Assembly (NCBI GenBank): GCA_918797485.1
Contig: CAKKNE010000003.1
Coordinates: 434,001 to 498,000 of the forward strand
Length of the DNA stretch: 64,000 nucleotides
Source: Pelagomonas calceolata
Lineage: Eukaryota
Reading direction: 5' to 3'
Both the position numbers and the translations under genes were made by a program. Positions 21,746-33,200 of this stretch are shown in pieces. Every line of letters starts with the position of its first letter. Positions within the stretch are counted from its first letter, which is position 1. The notes under the pieces were generated by a model. It ran no database searches. It saw only the letters and a list, made by a program, of their open reading frames with translations, and was not told the origin of the DNA.

Positions 21746-22075
21746 TCAAGACTCACTACGCACGCCCCCCTCGAGGTACTCCGTCCGCGCCGACGGCGTC
21801 ACCGTCGGCGCGCGCGGTTTTACAGGCGCCTCGACCGGCGCCGGCGCCTCGGACGCCGCCAGGTCCTCGTAGCGTGCCAGGTTCTCGGGCGTCGCGGGCA
21901 CGGCGACGCCGCGCGGGTAGAGGTAGTTGCGGAGGTGCCCGCCCGCCACTGTCACGACCGCGCCCGCGCGCTCGGTGCGGCCTTTCAAGATCGTGTCCTT
22001 TAGCAGTAGAGCCTGGCGCGTGGCGAGTGGCCGGCGCGCGATCAATTTTGTGTGGACCGCGGCTCGTCGCAGCAT
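21746..22075 (-). CDS. Ribosomal protein bL9 N-terminal-domain protein, probably mitochondrial
   Basis: G.VVTVAGGHLRNYLYPRGVAVPATPEN; ATG at 22075 with a basic leader. Confidence 0.85.
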   Translation of the reverse strand: MLRRAAVHTKLIARRPLATRQALLLKDTILKGRTERAGAVVTVAGGHLRNYLYPRGVAVPATPENLARYEDLAASEAPAPVEAPVKPRAPTVTPSARTEYLEGGVRSES

Positions 22076-22233
22076 GGCTGCAGTGCTATGTGCTGCTTGT
22101 GCGGCGATGGCGTGAATCTGACCGCGATTTTGCCAGCGCAGTCGCTTTGCCCAGTAAAAATGTGTCCTTTCAGCAGCGTGCACGTCGGAGCACAGCTGCG
22201 CGTTTATGCAAGGCTTGGCTGTGCTGCTTGCTT

Positions 22234-22255
22234 GCTAGTGTCTTACTGTCACTAG
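22234..22255 (-). promoter_or_regulatory. CTAG-N13-CTAG motif
   Basis: Reverse complement CTAGTGACAGTAAGACACTAGC upstream of the bL9 gene. Confidence 0.65.
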
Positions 22256-23089
22256 GCATTAGGCAATTGCACTTGCGCCACGCTCGCGTTTGCGAGCTAC
22301 CGTCAACCAAGAGTATCCTTGCGATCCGCCAAGACAAGCGGACAGCACGAGCGACGAATCTCCGACGATACGCGCCCGCAATTGAGTCTCCACTAACCAC
22401 ATTGCACTTTTTCCTGTGAGCCGTACCGACCGCGGCAGACGCGCGAGCTCGTCTGAAAGCGCTCGACCAAAACACCACTCGACACGGCGATGGCGAGACC
22501 GTCTAGCTCCGGACGCCTGCGCCGCGCGAGGCCCACGACGTCGCACGGTCGCGACACTAACTTTTGGGCACGATGATCAAATATCTCACACTCCTCGCGT
22601 CTCTTGCGGCTCTGCAGCTCAGCGACGGAGCTTATGCTGGAGCTTCGTGTGTCTGGCCCCGGCGAGGCCCGGATTGTGGTGCCCGGGGCTTCGGGCCTTT
22701 ATCGACAACTCGACTGGGTGGTAGTCTCGAGCAAGCAAGACACTGCGTGTTCAAAGCGTCGCCTCTAATTTAGCGCCCGCCGTCTCCGCGGCTTCACATC
22801 GACCTGTTCGGGCCCAGACACGCGCCGCTTGATGGGGTAAACGACAATGGACTCGACGACTCGACTCAATTGGACGTGACGAGCAATCAATTCTGAACCT
22901 GTACGAAGAGGACCCATGGGCTACGCGCGAGGCAGCGCCGCCCATTGACTACACAGATTAGTCATCTCCGACGAAGCGCTGGCGTCGGCGTCGTCCATAA
23001 CTACGGAGCTGCCGTGTATGCGATGAGCCTCGAACGCTCCAGATGTGACGAGAGGGCTCCCAGGCAAATACAGGCCACACTCACGAAAC

Positions 23090-24190
23090 TTATACAATAG
23101 CTACCGGAAACCCTACGTTTGTGATAACGACCGTGTAGCCCAGGTAGAGCGCCACGACGACGACCAGGACACACCCCGGCATGGCTATATACGGGTGCGC
23201 GTTGAAGAGAAAGACACCATAGGACCACACCACCCATGACACGACGATCTTCGCGATGGTCCAGACCGCTCCTCCTAAACATCTCATACAGGTCTTCATT
23301 GTATCTAGAGGGCTCGAGAGAACCTGCATCAAAAGAGGAACGAGCCACGCGAGTAGGACGGCAACCACAACAGTAAACAGACTGTGTTGCACGAGCGGCG
23401 GTGCCGTTTTTATTTTATCGTGCAAGCGATAGAACGGCGTGATGGCCTGTACTATTGCCTGCCAGCGGGTAGCCGGCCCGCACCAAACAATGACGGGAAT
23501 GATTCTACGTAACGTCCAGTACTCGTACTCCCGTAAAACACAACCACAGAACGTCGCGCAGCGTCGGAAGCACGTAGGTGCCGGCTGAATCCTAGAGCTG
23601 ATGTACGTGACCACGTAAACCGTACTCACACAGATCCCGACGAAAGACCACAAGTAAATACCTTCATGAAAAGCGAGGGCGACGTAAGAGTACCACGTCT
23701 GATCCGCCACAGCGTCGTACTCTCTTCTCGAATCTTCGTCTCCAAGCACGATTCTCGCGACTCGCAGGGAATTGTACTGTAACACAGCCAGCAGGTGCCC
23801 TTTGGATGAGAAGGCGGCCTCCTTATTCTTCGACGTTTTTCGCCGCCAGCTCCCGGCCGACTCAACGGGGTGCTCTTCTCCATCGAGTTCTATTCCCAAC
23901 TCTACGACCAGTTGCGCGGCCTCGTCACGGCTCAGGAGGCCGTTTGCGTCGGCGTCGTACGACTTGAATTTCGAGGCGATCTGCTGGTCCTTGTTCTGCT
24001 GGAACCACACGTCGGCGTCGCCGTCGATGAATTCCTGCTCAAGCGCGGCCTTGCGCTCGTCGAATGCTGCGAAGATCTCATCTTGCGTCGCGTGTGCCGG
24101 CACGCGCAGCACATCGTAGTGTGATATATTTTGGTTGTTCGCCGCCGCGGCAACTACCGCTACGGCGCAGCAGTAGGCGAGCAGCCGCAT
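23090..24190 (-). CDS. Membrane protein with signal peptide, degenerate J-domain and EF-hand
   Basis: HYDVLRVPAHATQDEI ... VLGDEDSRREYD, internal DADANGLLSRDE, several C-terminal TM segments. Confidence 0.7.
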   Translation of the reverse strand: MRLLAYCCAVAVVAAAANNQNISHYDVLRVPAHATQDEIFAAFDERKAALEQEFIDGDADVWFQQNKDQQIASKFKSYDADANGLLSRDEAAQLVVELGIELDGEEHPVESAGSWRRKTSKNKEAAFSSKGHLLAVLQYNSLRVARIVLGDEDSRREYDAVADQTWYSYVALAFHEGIYLWSFVGICVSTVYVVTYISSRIQPAPTCFRRCATFCGCVLREYEYWTLRRIIPVIVWCGPATRWQAIVQAITPFYRLHDKIKTAPPLVQHSLFTVVVAVLLAWLVPLLMQVLSSPLDTMKTCMRCLGGAVWTIAKIVVSWVVWSYGVFLFNAHPYIAMPGCVLVVVVALYLGYTVVITNVGFPVAIV

Positions 24191-24356
24191 GCTGCTGCTG
24201 CTGCTGCAACTGGTGCAGTTTTGTGCGCGTACGCGCGTGTACGACTATTGGCTACTACCGAGCGTCATCAACTCGACGTCCACGGGCGTTTGAGCCTCGA
24301 ACGCTCAAGAAATGCTATGAATTAGGCGAGAGTGCCGACGGAGAGCAGCTCTCTAA

Positions 24357-24380
24357 GCTAGCGGCACGTAAGACACTAGC
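24357..24380 (+). promoter_or_regulatory. CTAG-N14-CTAG motif
   Basis: GCTAGCGGCACGTAAGACACTAGC between 24190(-) and 24437(+). Confidence 0.72.
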
Positions 24381-24436
24381 AACAGCGAAAAAGCATTAGC
24401 GACCAACGCGACCCTCATACGCCTCACCCGACCAAA

Positions 24437-25582
24437 ATGATCCTCACAACCTGCGCCGCCTGCGCCGCCCCACTGGCCCACAACGCGCCGCGATGCGTGA
24501 GGTGCCATGTGAGATACTGTGATGCCACTTGCCAACATGACCACTGGCGCCGCGGCCACAAGCAGATGTGCAAGAAAATACACCGCGGCGGCAACGCGGA
24601 GCAATACCACGCCGACAAAAAATACAAGGAGGCCGTCGCGGTCGCGGTCGAGGCATGCGCCGACGACACCAAGGGCCAGACGTGCTACATCTGCACGCAG
24701 GCCCTCCACTGGAAGACCAAGGAAGGTCTCGTGCGAGGGTGTGCGTGCCGTGGAACGGCTGGCTTCGCTCATGTGTCGTGTTTGGCGGAGCAGGCGAAGA
24801 TTTTGTTCGCGGAGGCCGAGGAGAACAATTTGAGCGACAAGGTTAAGACTGAGAGGTTCGAGCGGTGGTACGCGTGTAGCCTGTGCGAGCAAGAGTACCA
24901 CGGCGTCGTGCGATGCGCGCTCGGGTGGGCCTGCTGGAAGACGTACGTTGGCCGGCCGGAGACGGACGAGATTCGGGGCGTGGCGATGAACGTGCTTGGG
25001 AACGGTTTAATTTCTGCAAAACATTATGAGGACGCGCTGACCGTGCAAGAGGCCGAGTTGTCGATGCTGCGGCGCGTTGGCGCGCCAGAACACTCGATTC
25101 TCGTGGCGCAGACAAATCTTTCAACCACGTATGCTAGGATTGGGAGGCATGAACAGGCCTTGCAGATGAGTCGAGATGTATATTCGGGAGAGTTGAAACT
25201 CTATGGCGAGGAACATGGAAGGACCGTCGTAGCAGCCTGCAACTACGCCACGTCCCTTGTTGGTCTAGAGCGCTTCGAAGAAGCCAAGTCATTGCTGCGC
25301 AAAATGATCCCCGTGGCGCAACGCATTCTCGGGGATAGTCATGATCACACACTCTCGATGCGGTCGATTTACGCGAATGCTCTCTACCAGGACACCTGCG
25401 CCACGCTAGACGATCTCAGCGAGGCCGTGACGACGTTCGAGGATACGGCACGGATCGCGCGGCGCGTGCTCGGTGGCGCGCATCCGTCCACAGTGAACAT
25501 GGAGCGGGCCCTGCAACACGCGCGAGCCGCCCTCCGCGCCCGCGACACGCCGCAGCCGTCGTCGCTTTCGGAGCGTGTGTAA
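24437..25582 (+). CDS. MYND + RINGv + TPR-like protein (paralog of 1159..2277)
   Basis: Same architecture; near-identical N-terminus and similar 5' flank. Confidence 0.85.
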   Translation: MILTTCAACAAPLAHNAPRCVRCHVRYCDATCQHDHWRRGHKQMCKKIHRGGNAEQYHADKKYKEAVAVAVEACADDTKGQTCYICTQALHWKTKEGLVRGCACRGTAGFAHVSCLAEQAKILFAEAEENNLSDKVKTERFERWYACSLCEQEYHGVVRCALGWACWKTYVGRPETDEIRGVAMNVLGNGLISAKHYEDALTVQEAELSMLRRVGAPEHSILVAQTNLSTTYARIGRHEQALQMSRDVYSGELKLYGEEHGRTVVAACNYATSLVGLERFEEAKSLLRKMIPVAQRILGDSHDHTLSMRSIYANALYQDTCATLDDLSEAVTTFEDTARIARRVLGGAHPSTVNMERALQHARAALRARDTPQPSSLSERV

Positions 25583-25652
25583 TGGTAGCTATCCGCGGAA
25601 ACTAAAGCAAAAACTACAGCCATGCGGCTGGCCCACGGCGATCTTATGCAAA

Positions 25653-25674
25653 GCTAGTGTGTCTTGCGCGCTAG
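25653..25674 (-). promoter_or_regulatory. CTAG-N13-CTAG motif
   Basis: Reverse complement CTAGCGCGCAAGACACACTAGC about 250 bp upstream of ZEP. Confidence 0.55.
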
Positions 25675-25926
25675 GCAAAGCAACGAACTAAGTCCACGCG
25701 CCCGCAGTATACCTCCGAAGGTCTCCTTCTTGCTGCAGAAGAATCACGTTACCTTACGTGATGAGACACACTAGGATCCACACACAGTCAGCACGACTTG
25801 AGCGCCTTGTGTGGCGCTCTTGGGCCGTATCTCTCGCCGTTAAGGCTGTAGAAACTAGCGACCCAGTGCACTGCACCCCTCCTTGCGCTCGGCAACAGCT
25901 TACAGACTACGAGACGCTGGACGAAC

Positions 25927-27756
25927 ATGGCTAAAGTCATAGCAGCGCTGCTGCTCACAGCAGCACAAGCCCTCCAGGCGCCGCACGCCCGACCAGCGCC
26001 GACGCGCCAGCAGGCCGCCGCCGTCGCCGTGCCTGACACAAAGATCCCCGACGCCATCTCCGCCGAGCACCCCTTGAGGGTCGTCATCGCGGGCGCGGGC
26101 GTCGGCGGATTGACGCTCGCGAACGCCCTCAAGGGCTGCGACCACGTCGATGTCCAACTCATCGAGAAAACCTCAGCGTTCAAACGCTTCGGCGGGCCCA
26201 TCCAGCTCGCCTCGAACGCCATGCAGCTCTACAAGGAACTCGACGCGAATCTGTACGACCAGATCGAGTCCAAGTTCACGTGGACCGGCAATTTAACCAA
26301 TGGTATCAAAGATGGGATTCGCGACGAGTGGTACGCGAAGTTCGACCTCGCAAGTCCGGCGCGAGACCGGGGCATGCCTTACACGGGCGTGATCGAACGC
26401 CCAGATCTACAAGAAATTCTGCTGGGCAATCTGGAGGAGGGCGTCGTCAACAACGGCGTGGGCGTCCACTCCTACACGACCGGTGCCGTCGGGTCGAGAA
26501 TTACGGGACCGGTCGACGTCAAGCTCGAGGACGACAACATCGTCGCGGGAGACGTCTTGGTCGGTGCCGACGGCATCTGGAGTCAAGTAAGAGCCGCCAT
26601 GCGCGACGAGCCCGCTAGAGGCGACGGTTCGGGTGTTGCGTATTCGGGCTACACGGTGTTCGCGGGAGAATTAGCTTACAACAGCCCGGACAACGGCGAA
26701 GTCGGGTACAAGGTCTACATCGGGCCGAACCAGTACTTTGTGATCACCGTATGAGTGCGGCGTCCCTTTTCGACGCGTCGCGGCGATGGCGTCCGCGTGA
26801 GCCGCAGACGCCGTCGACGCGATCGCGACGCGGGCGTCAACCACATGTCATACGCGATCGTCGCGTCGATGGCGCGGACGGGGGCGCGTCCCAACCCTAC
26901 GCTGTCGCCGCGACGCGTCGATAGAGAGAGAGAGCCAACAACCGGCACGCCCACGATCGACACAACGCAGGACATCGGCAAGGGCCGCTACCAGTACTAC
27001 GCCTTTCTCGCGAGGGATCCCGGGAGCGCGGAGACGGAAGAGAAGCCCGATGGTACGGTACCGTTCCTCAAGAAGACGTTTGAAGGGTGGTCGCCGGACA
27101 TCCACGCGATCTTGGACGCGACGCGAGAGGACGAGATCGAGCAGAGGGATTTGTATGATAGACCGCCCTCCTCCCTAAAGCCGTGGTCCGTCGGGCCCGT
27201 GGGCTTGCTCGGTGATTCGGTCCATGCGATGATGCCCAACCTCGGGCAAGGCGGCTGCCAGGCGATCGAGGACGCTATAGTGCTCGCCGAGGAGCTCAAG
27301 GGCCTCACGTCGAGGACCGAGGCGGACATCGCTCTGACGAACTACCGGAATAGGAGGTTAGTGAGATCGGCCGCGGTCCAAGGGTTATCGCGCTTTGCGT
27401 CGGACATCATCATCCGCGGCTTCGACACGCCGGCCAAAATTGTCGATGGAAGACTGGAGAACTTTAACTACGCCGGTATTGTGACGCGACTACTCCAACC
27501 GATCTTACCCATCTTCTTCATGGTCCAGTTCAACTTCCTGTACGAGGGCTGGCGCAACGAATTCGCCTTCGACGTGAAGGCGGGGTTGTTGATTGGCGGC
27601 CTGGGGCTGTTCTTATTAGCTGTGGGCGCGGGCGCCGTCGGCGACGCGGCGGTGTTGTTGCCCTTTGGGCTGGAGTCGATCTTCGGCGTCGAGGCGCTCG
27701 CTGGGATCTCGGAGTCTATTTCCACCTTCCTTGGCGGCGCCGAGGGCATGCTTTGA
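25927..27756 (+). CDS. ZEP: Zeaxanthin epoxidase-family FAD monooxygenase; intron 26749-26970
   Basis: GAGVGG, FKRFGGPIQLASNA, GDVLVGADGIWS, YFVIT|DIG, LGDSVHAMMPNLGQGGCQAIED, C-terminal TM. Confidence 0.92.
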
Positions 27757-28390
27757 GGTTTGTTGTGGCCCCGCTCTCCTCCCTGTCCTACTGTAAAAAC
27801 TTGAAGTAGTATTCTTCGTCGACGGCGTGGAGGCTGGCCCGCGGCTGACTATCCGCGGCTGCGTCGTGCCGTCTGGCGCGGCCGTCCGGGAGAGCCGGGT
27901 TTTCGCTCTGGATTGGGTCCGATTAAGTCTGGATGATCCCTTGGCGGTCTTGAGCTTTAGATGGAGGGCGTTTCGATTGTTGCAGGCTGAGTCGAATTCA
28001 CGAAGAGCTGCGCCAGCCTGGCTAATACGCTGCTAATCGCCCTCGGTAAGCCGCACCGGTGTGATTCGTAAGACCAGTTTGATCCCTTCATCCACTCGAC
28101 AAACGGCCCTGGCATTTGCAGCTCGCTGAGCAGCAAACGCAGTGCGGTTGTTGGCTGTGTGCCATTTCACCTTGGCACACTGCTGCGCATGCGGGTTGCA
28201 ATCGTGTACGGTCGCGGCTACGGTATAATAGTTGCCGTGCTGCACTGCTGCGCAAGCCAGCAATGCAAATCCGCACTGAACGCGCTTGCCGCGACGCCGC
28301 GCGCCACCCGACCGCCGCTGTAGCAAAATCTCTCACGCAACGACTCGAACACCAGGCTCACGACTCTACCCCTCGCAGACAACTCAAAAC

Positions 28391-29091
28391 ATGAAGCTCG
28401 CACTCGCTCTCACCGCCGGCACCGCCGCCGCCTTCGTCGCGCCGTCGGCGCCGGCCGCTAAGACGCAGCTCGCCGCCGCGCCCGTCCAGGAATGGGCCGG
28501 CGCCACGGCTCCTTTCGGTTTCTTTGACCCGCTCGGCCTCTCCAAGGACGTCGACGCCGGACGCCTCGCGTTCTACCGCGAGGCCGAGATCAAGCACGGC
28601 CGCGTGCGCCGCCGCGTCCGTCTCCCTTCGATCGCGATACCGGGTCGCGATAGCGCCCCGCCCCGCCACACACCATCAACGCGCCGTCGCCGCAGGTCGC
28701 CATGCTCGCGTCGGTCGGGTTCCTTTTCCAGGAGCACTACACGTTCACGGGCATTGACTCGCCGTCGTACGTCTCCTTCGAGCAGCCGGGCCTCGCCGGC
28801 GGCCTCTGGCTGGGCCTCGCCGTGATGCTCGGCAACGTCGAGGGCAAGTCCGTGGAGTCTTTCATGCCCCTCGACGGCGGCATCGTCGCGGAGCAGAACG
28901 AGTCACGCCTGTTCCGCATCAAGGAAGACCACTTGCCGGGCGACCTCGGCTTCGACCCGCTCGGCCTCAAGCCGACGAACGACAAGGACCTCAAGTCCAT
29001 GGCCACCAAGGAGATCAACAACGGCCGCTTAGCCATGGTCGGAATCGCTGGCATGGTCGCGCAGGAGCTTGTGTCGGGGATGAAGATCTAA
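28391..29091 (+). CDS. Light-harvesting chlorophyll a/c (fucoxanthin) binding protein; intron 28604-28695
   Basis: AAA-FVAP leader, [42 protein letters not shown]. Confidence 0.95.
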
Positions 29092-29188
29092 ACGCGCCAA
29101 AGACGAACTTGTACACACACACACGGTGTTTGGTAAACTCTCTTCTTGTGAATATTAGAATAATACTAGGCGACCGCGCACCTCGAAT

Positions 29189-29833
29189 CTACTCCGCGAT
29201 CGTAATGCTCTCCACGCGCACGGCATCGATCGGCTTGTCCCGGCCGTCCGTCGGGACGCCCTCGATCGCGGAGACGACGTCCATGCCATCGACGACCTTG
29301 CCAAAAACCGGATGTTTGGAGGGCGTGCTGTTGTCGAAGTAATCCAGGAACGCGTTGTGCTTCGTGTTCAGGAAGAACTGCGAGCCGCCGCTGTTGGGGG
29401 CGCCCGTGTTGGCCATGGAGATCGTGCCGACCTCGTTCGAGATCTCGCCCACGAGCTCGTCGGGGATGTTGCCGCCACCGTCGCGCTGGATCACGCTACC
29501 ATCAGGCAACGTGTACTGCGTGTTGCCCGGCGGGCCGCCCGTGCCCGCGATCGGCGACTGCGGGTTCGCCGAGTTCGGGCAGCCGAACTGGCACATGAAG
29601 CCCTTGATGACGCGGTGGAACGTCAGGCCGTCGTAGAAGCCGGACGTCGCGAGGTCCTTGAAATTCGACGTCGTGATCGGCAGCTGGTCCTGGAAGAGCT
29701 CTACTTTAAACTCGCCCTTCGTCGTCTTGAACGTGGCGGTGGGATTCGCCATCGCGAGGCCGCGGCGGTTCATGGCGTGCACGCAGCGCGCGGCCGTGCC
29801 AGCTAGCAAGGTGATTCTTGAGAAGACGGCCAT
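29189..29833 (-). CDS. Cyclophilin-type peptidyl-prolyl isomerase
   Basis: FYDGLTFHRVIKGFMCQFG, GTISMANTG.PNSGGSQFF, HPVFGKVVDGMDVV. Confidence 0.95.
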   Translation of the reverse strand: MAVFSRITLLAGTAARCVHAMNRRGLAMANPTATFKTTKGEFKVELFQDQLPITTSNFKDLATSGFYDGLTFHRVIKGFMCQFGCPNSANPQSPIAGTGGPPGNTQYTLPDGSVIQRDGGGNIPDELVGEISNEVGTISMANTGAPNSGGSQFFLNTKHNAFLDYFDNSTPSKHPVFGKVVDGMDVVSAIEGVPTDGRDKPIDAVRVESITIAE

Positions 29834-30071
29834 GGTCGCCGGCGGTGCGCGCCTGCTGTTGTGTGAATGGGTAGGGTCGCGGCGATGGCGTGTCGTGAGT
29901 GCTGTGCAAGGGGCAGCGTCGCTTCGTGCCGGGCAGAGACAGAGAGGAGCGTCGCAGCGAGGCAGAGCATGCAAACATGCATGCAGCGCAGGGCCGGTCG
30001 TCTTGGGACTGCGTCCAGGGGCCGCAAAGGCGGTAGTCGCACGTAGTCCGAGGGGTGGAGGAATAATTTGG

Positions 30072-30093
30072 TTAGCGGCGTAGAGACACTAGC
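30072..30093 (+). promoter_or_regulatory. TTAG-N13-CTAG motif variant
   Basis: TTAGCGGCGTAGAGACACTAGC between 29833(-) and 30278(+). Confidence 0.65.
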
Positions 30094-30277
30094 CACCCAG
30101 GAGAGTTGCCAGGGTCCGTGGAAGCCAGCGCTGGACTGGGCGGCCGCTGCGCCCTGCAAAAGTTTCGAACCGCCGCACGACTCGCGCCGCTTGAGCGCTG
30201 TCGATTCCTCGAAGCGAAACGCCTTCCACCTAGCCGCAAGAGCTACATTAAGCCCAGAAGACCCGAAGCCAAAAGAG

Positions 30278-33200
30278 ATGCTAGCGCTTCCCCCGAAGCG
30301 CCCAGTTGGCCGGCAAACAGGCCTGGGAGACGCCCTGAGCAGCTACGCCGGCAAAACTCACAGCGGCACGGAAGCTAATAGAGCGCGCGCGGCCTCGGCC
30401 TCGCTCGACCGGTGCCGAGCGGCGGCGGCGGAGGCCGCCGAGGAGTTGGCGCGGGGCGGCACGGGTGGAACATCAAGCGAAAGCGCCGCGTTAGCGGTGG
30501 CTAGCGCGGCCTACGGCGACGACACGGGCTTGACGGAAGCAGCTTTAGAGAACTGCTCCAGAGATCTGCGGCGGTACGCGAGGGAACTACTCGCTATTTC
30601 AAGACGAGTCCCGGACGCCGACGCGGCCCTAGATGGCTTTTTATGTGAATGGGACGACGGCTGGGCGACTCCTAGCAAAACGAACCCGAGAGACGCTACA
30701 AGAGGTCTTGGCAGTAGATTCCGACGAGCGTTGCGGAACGACCGCAAGAAACCGACCGTGAACAAGGCCTCGAGACAACGAGGCGGCCTGAGGCTCGAAC
30801 GGGGCGCGACGCTATACAACTTAGCGGCCTGCGAGGCCGCGCAGGGCTGCCAGCAGGACAGATCAAGCGAACAAGGTATAAAAAGAGCCTGCAGGCATTT
30901 CCAGCGCTCCGCGGGCCTCTTCGAGCACCTGCGACGGACGACGCGCACGGCCGGTAGAAGGGGCGCGGCGTGCGCGTGGGGCTGCCTCGTTTTTGAGGAC
31001 GACGAGGCCGATTTGTTAGATCTGTGCGAGCTCGGCGTCCCGCGGCGGTTTCACGCCATCGACGCATTGACAGAAATGCTCCGCGCAGGTCGTCGCCGTG
31101 TCTAGATTTCTGCGAGCGGTTATGTTTAGCTCAGGCGCAAGCCTGTTACTACGAGAAGGCCGTTGCTGGGCAATCGGTGGCGCCACCTATAATAGCTCGA
31201 CTGGCCGCGCACGCGGCGCATTTATATTGGCGGGCTCGAGCCGTGTGTAGCTATGTCCCGGAAGCCGAAAATGAAGCTAAATTAAATGAGTTACTAGGCG
31301 AAGAAAAATGCGAGGATACGGACCAGTTGCCTCCCTCCTACGATACGAGGAAGGGCGTCGCCGGCCTCGACGCGTCCTGGCCGTGTCACGCCGAGTTCCA
31401 GGCGCGATGCTTCGAGGCGGCCTCGTCTTATTGGGCTGCTAAATCTAAAGCCAAAGACGCGGAAGATCATGGCGAGGGCTACGGCCTCCAAGTCGCCTAC
31501 CTGGATAGGTGTGAAAGAGAATGCGTCGCGGCGCTGAAGGTCGCGTCGCGGCCGGGCGCGAAGCGCCTGTCGCAGGACGCCATTGAGCAGATCACTGATA
31601 TGCGCCAGGCCGCTGCGACGCAACGAACCGCGGTAGCGCGGGACAACGCCCAGATCTACCGGGAAACGGTGCCGAATTGGTCCGATGTAACGCAAGTTCC
31701 CAGACCGCTCGGCGCGCGCTTGGCCAAGGCCACGGTCCCCGACGCGTGTCTGGTCGGAGCGCCGGGACGGACGCCCGAGGCCATGGTTTCTGCAGTCGTT
31801 CCTTCAGATGAAATCAGTTTGTTGCGAGGTCTACTACCGAGAGGGGCTCGAAGTGCGCTAGAGGCCTACGCTGATAGATGTAGACGCGACGCGCGGGAAT
31901 GTCAAAGTCGTGTTGCGGACGCCGACGATCTGGTGCGGGCCGCGCTGCAGTCTTTATCATTACCGCAAGTGGTGAACGATGTCGACAATGCTCAGAACTT
32001 CGCGACGCACGGCGCGCTGCCCAAAGGTTTACGAGTGGCGACGGCGTCGTCGGGCGAGGGCCTGTTCGGGGGCTCTACCGGTTCATCTCTGCTAGCTTTG
32101 CAGAAGAAGGCCTCAGAGTTAACTCAAGCAAGGTTACGGTCGCAAGCGGCTTTAACGGCAGCTAGAGCCTACTCCGGAGACGCTTCTCAACATGTCCGGC
32201 AGCGCCTCGCGCAAATCACCATCGATGAAGCGGACGACGACGCGCTGCTGAAGGTCGTGTCTGATGATGCCACGAAACAGCAGTTAGCTGCGCTAGACGG
32301 CGCCGTCGGGCGCAGCACCAAAGCTAGTGTAGAAGAAACTCTCACCCTGAGCGACGACGTCACGAAAGCGGCCCAGGCGTGTCGGGAAGCTTGTTCAGCA
32401 GTCGATCGAAGTGGCCGCGGACGTCGTGACGCGGCGAAGCGCGTCGAGGTCCTCGCGAGCGAGGAGGCGCAAGCCGCGGCGAAGGCCCTCGATGCTTTGT
32501 GTGACGCCGGTCTGCCTTTAGTAGCGGGCGACGAACCGGAAGTCACACGATATAGAGATTCGGACGACGACGACGATACCGGTGACGAGCGCCCGGAGGA
32601 CGAGGACGTGTTGCCGCTGCCGCCGCCGCCGACGACGCCGCGGCGAGACGACACGAAGACCGTCGAGGCCTCGCGCTGCGTCCACGCGTTTCTGGAGCGG
32701 CGTTATGCTTCGGAGATGGCGCCGGCCTTTAGCGAGTTCGCCCAGGCTCTCGGCGACCCGCGGCCGGCCGTCGAGGCCCTGGCGTCGACCGCGTCGCTGC
32801 TGGACGAGGCGAAGCGACGGGATCCTTCGTATAGATCCGCGCGCGACGCCTTAGAAAAGGTCGTGGCGGCCGCTAGGCTCTTCGAGGAGCTCGTGTCTCG
32901 TCTCGAGACGCGGTGCACGGCTCACATGAACGCGGCGTCCGAGGCGGACCGGCGGGACTCTCCGCCGCCGAAGCCGGTGACCACAGGACTAGATGCTCTT
33001 CTTAACACGGCGAACGAAGCTGCGGCTGCTTTAGACGCCTCGCCGTCGCCGCGCGTCGACCGCCGAAGCCAAGAGGAGTCCGACGCGGAGATGGCGCGGC
33101 GACTGGCCGCCGAGTTCGACGCCGACGATAATACTATCCGACCGCCGCCCATCCCTGTCCACCAGCCGCCGCCCGCCTATCGACAAGGCCAGACGTACAA

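Noticed and set aside
22573..23030. Signal-peptide-like start MIKYLTLLASLAALQLSDGAYAG
   Set aside because: I could not build a consistent spliced model; it may be a real small gene.
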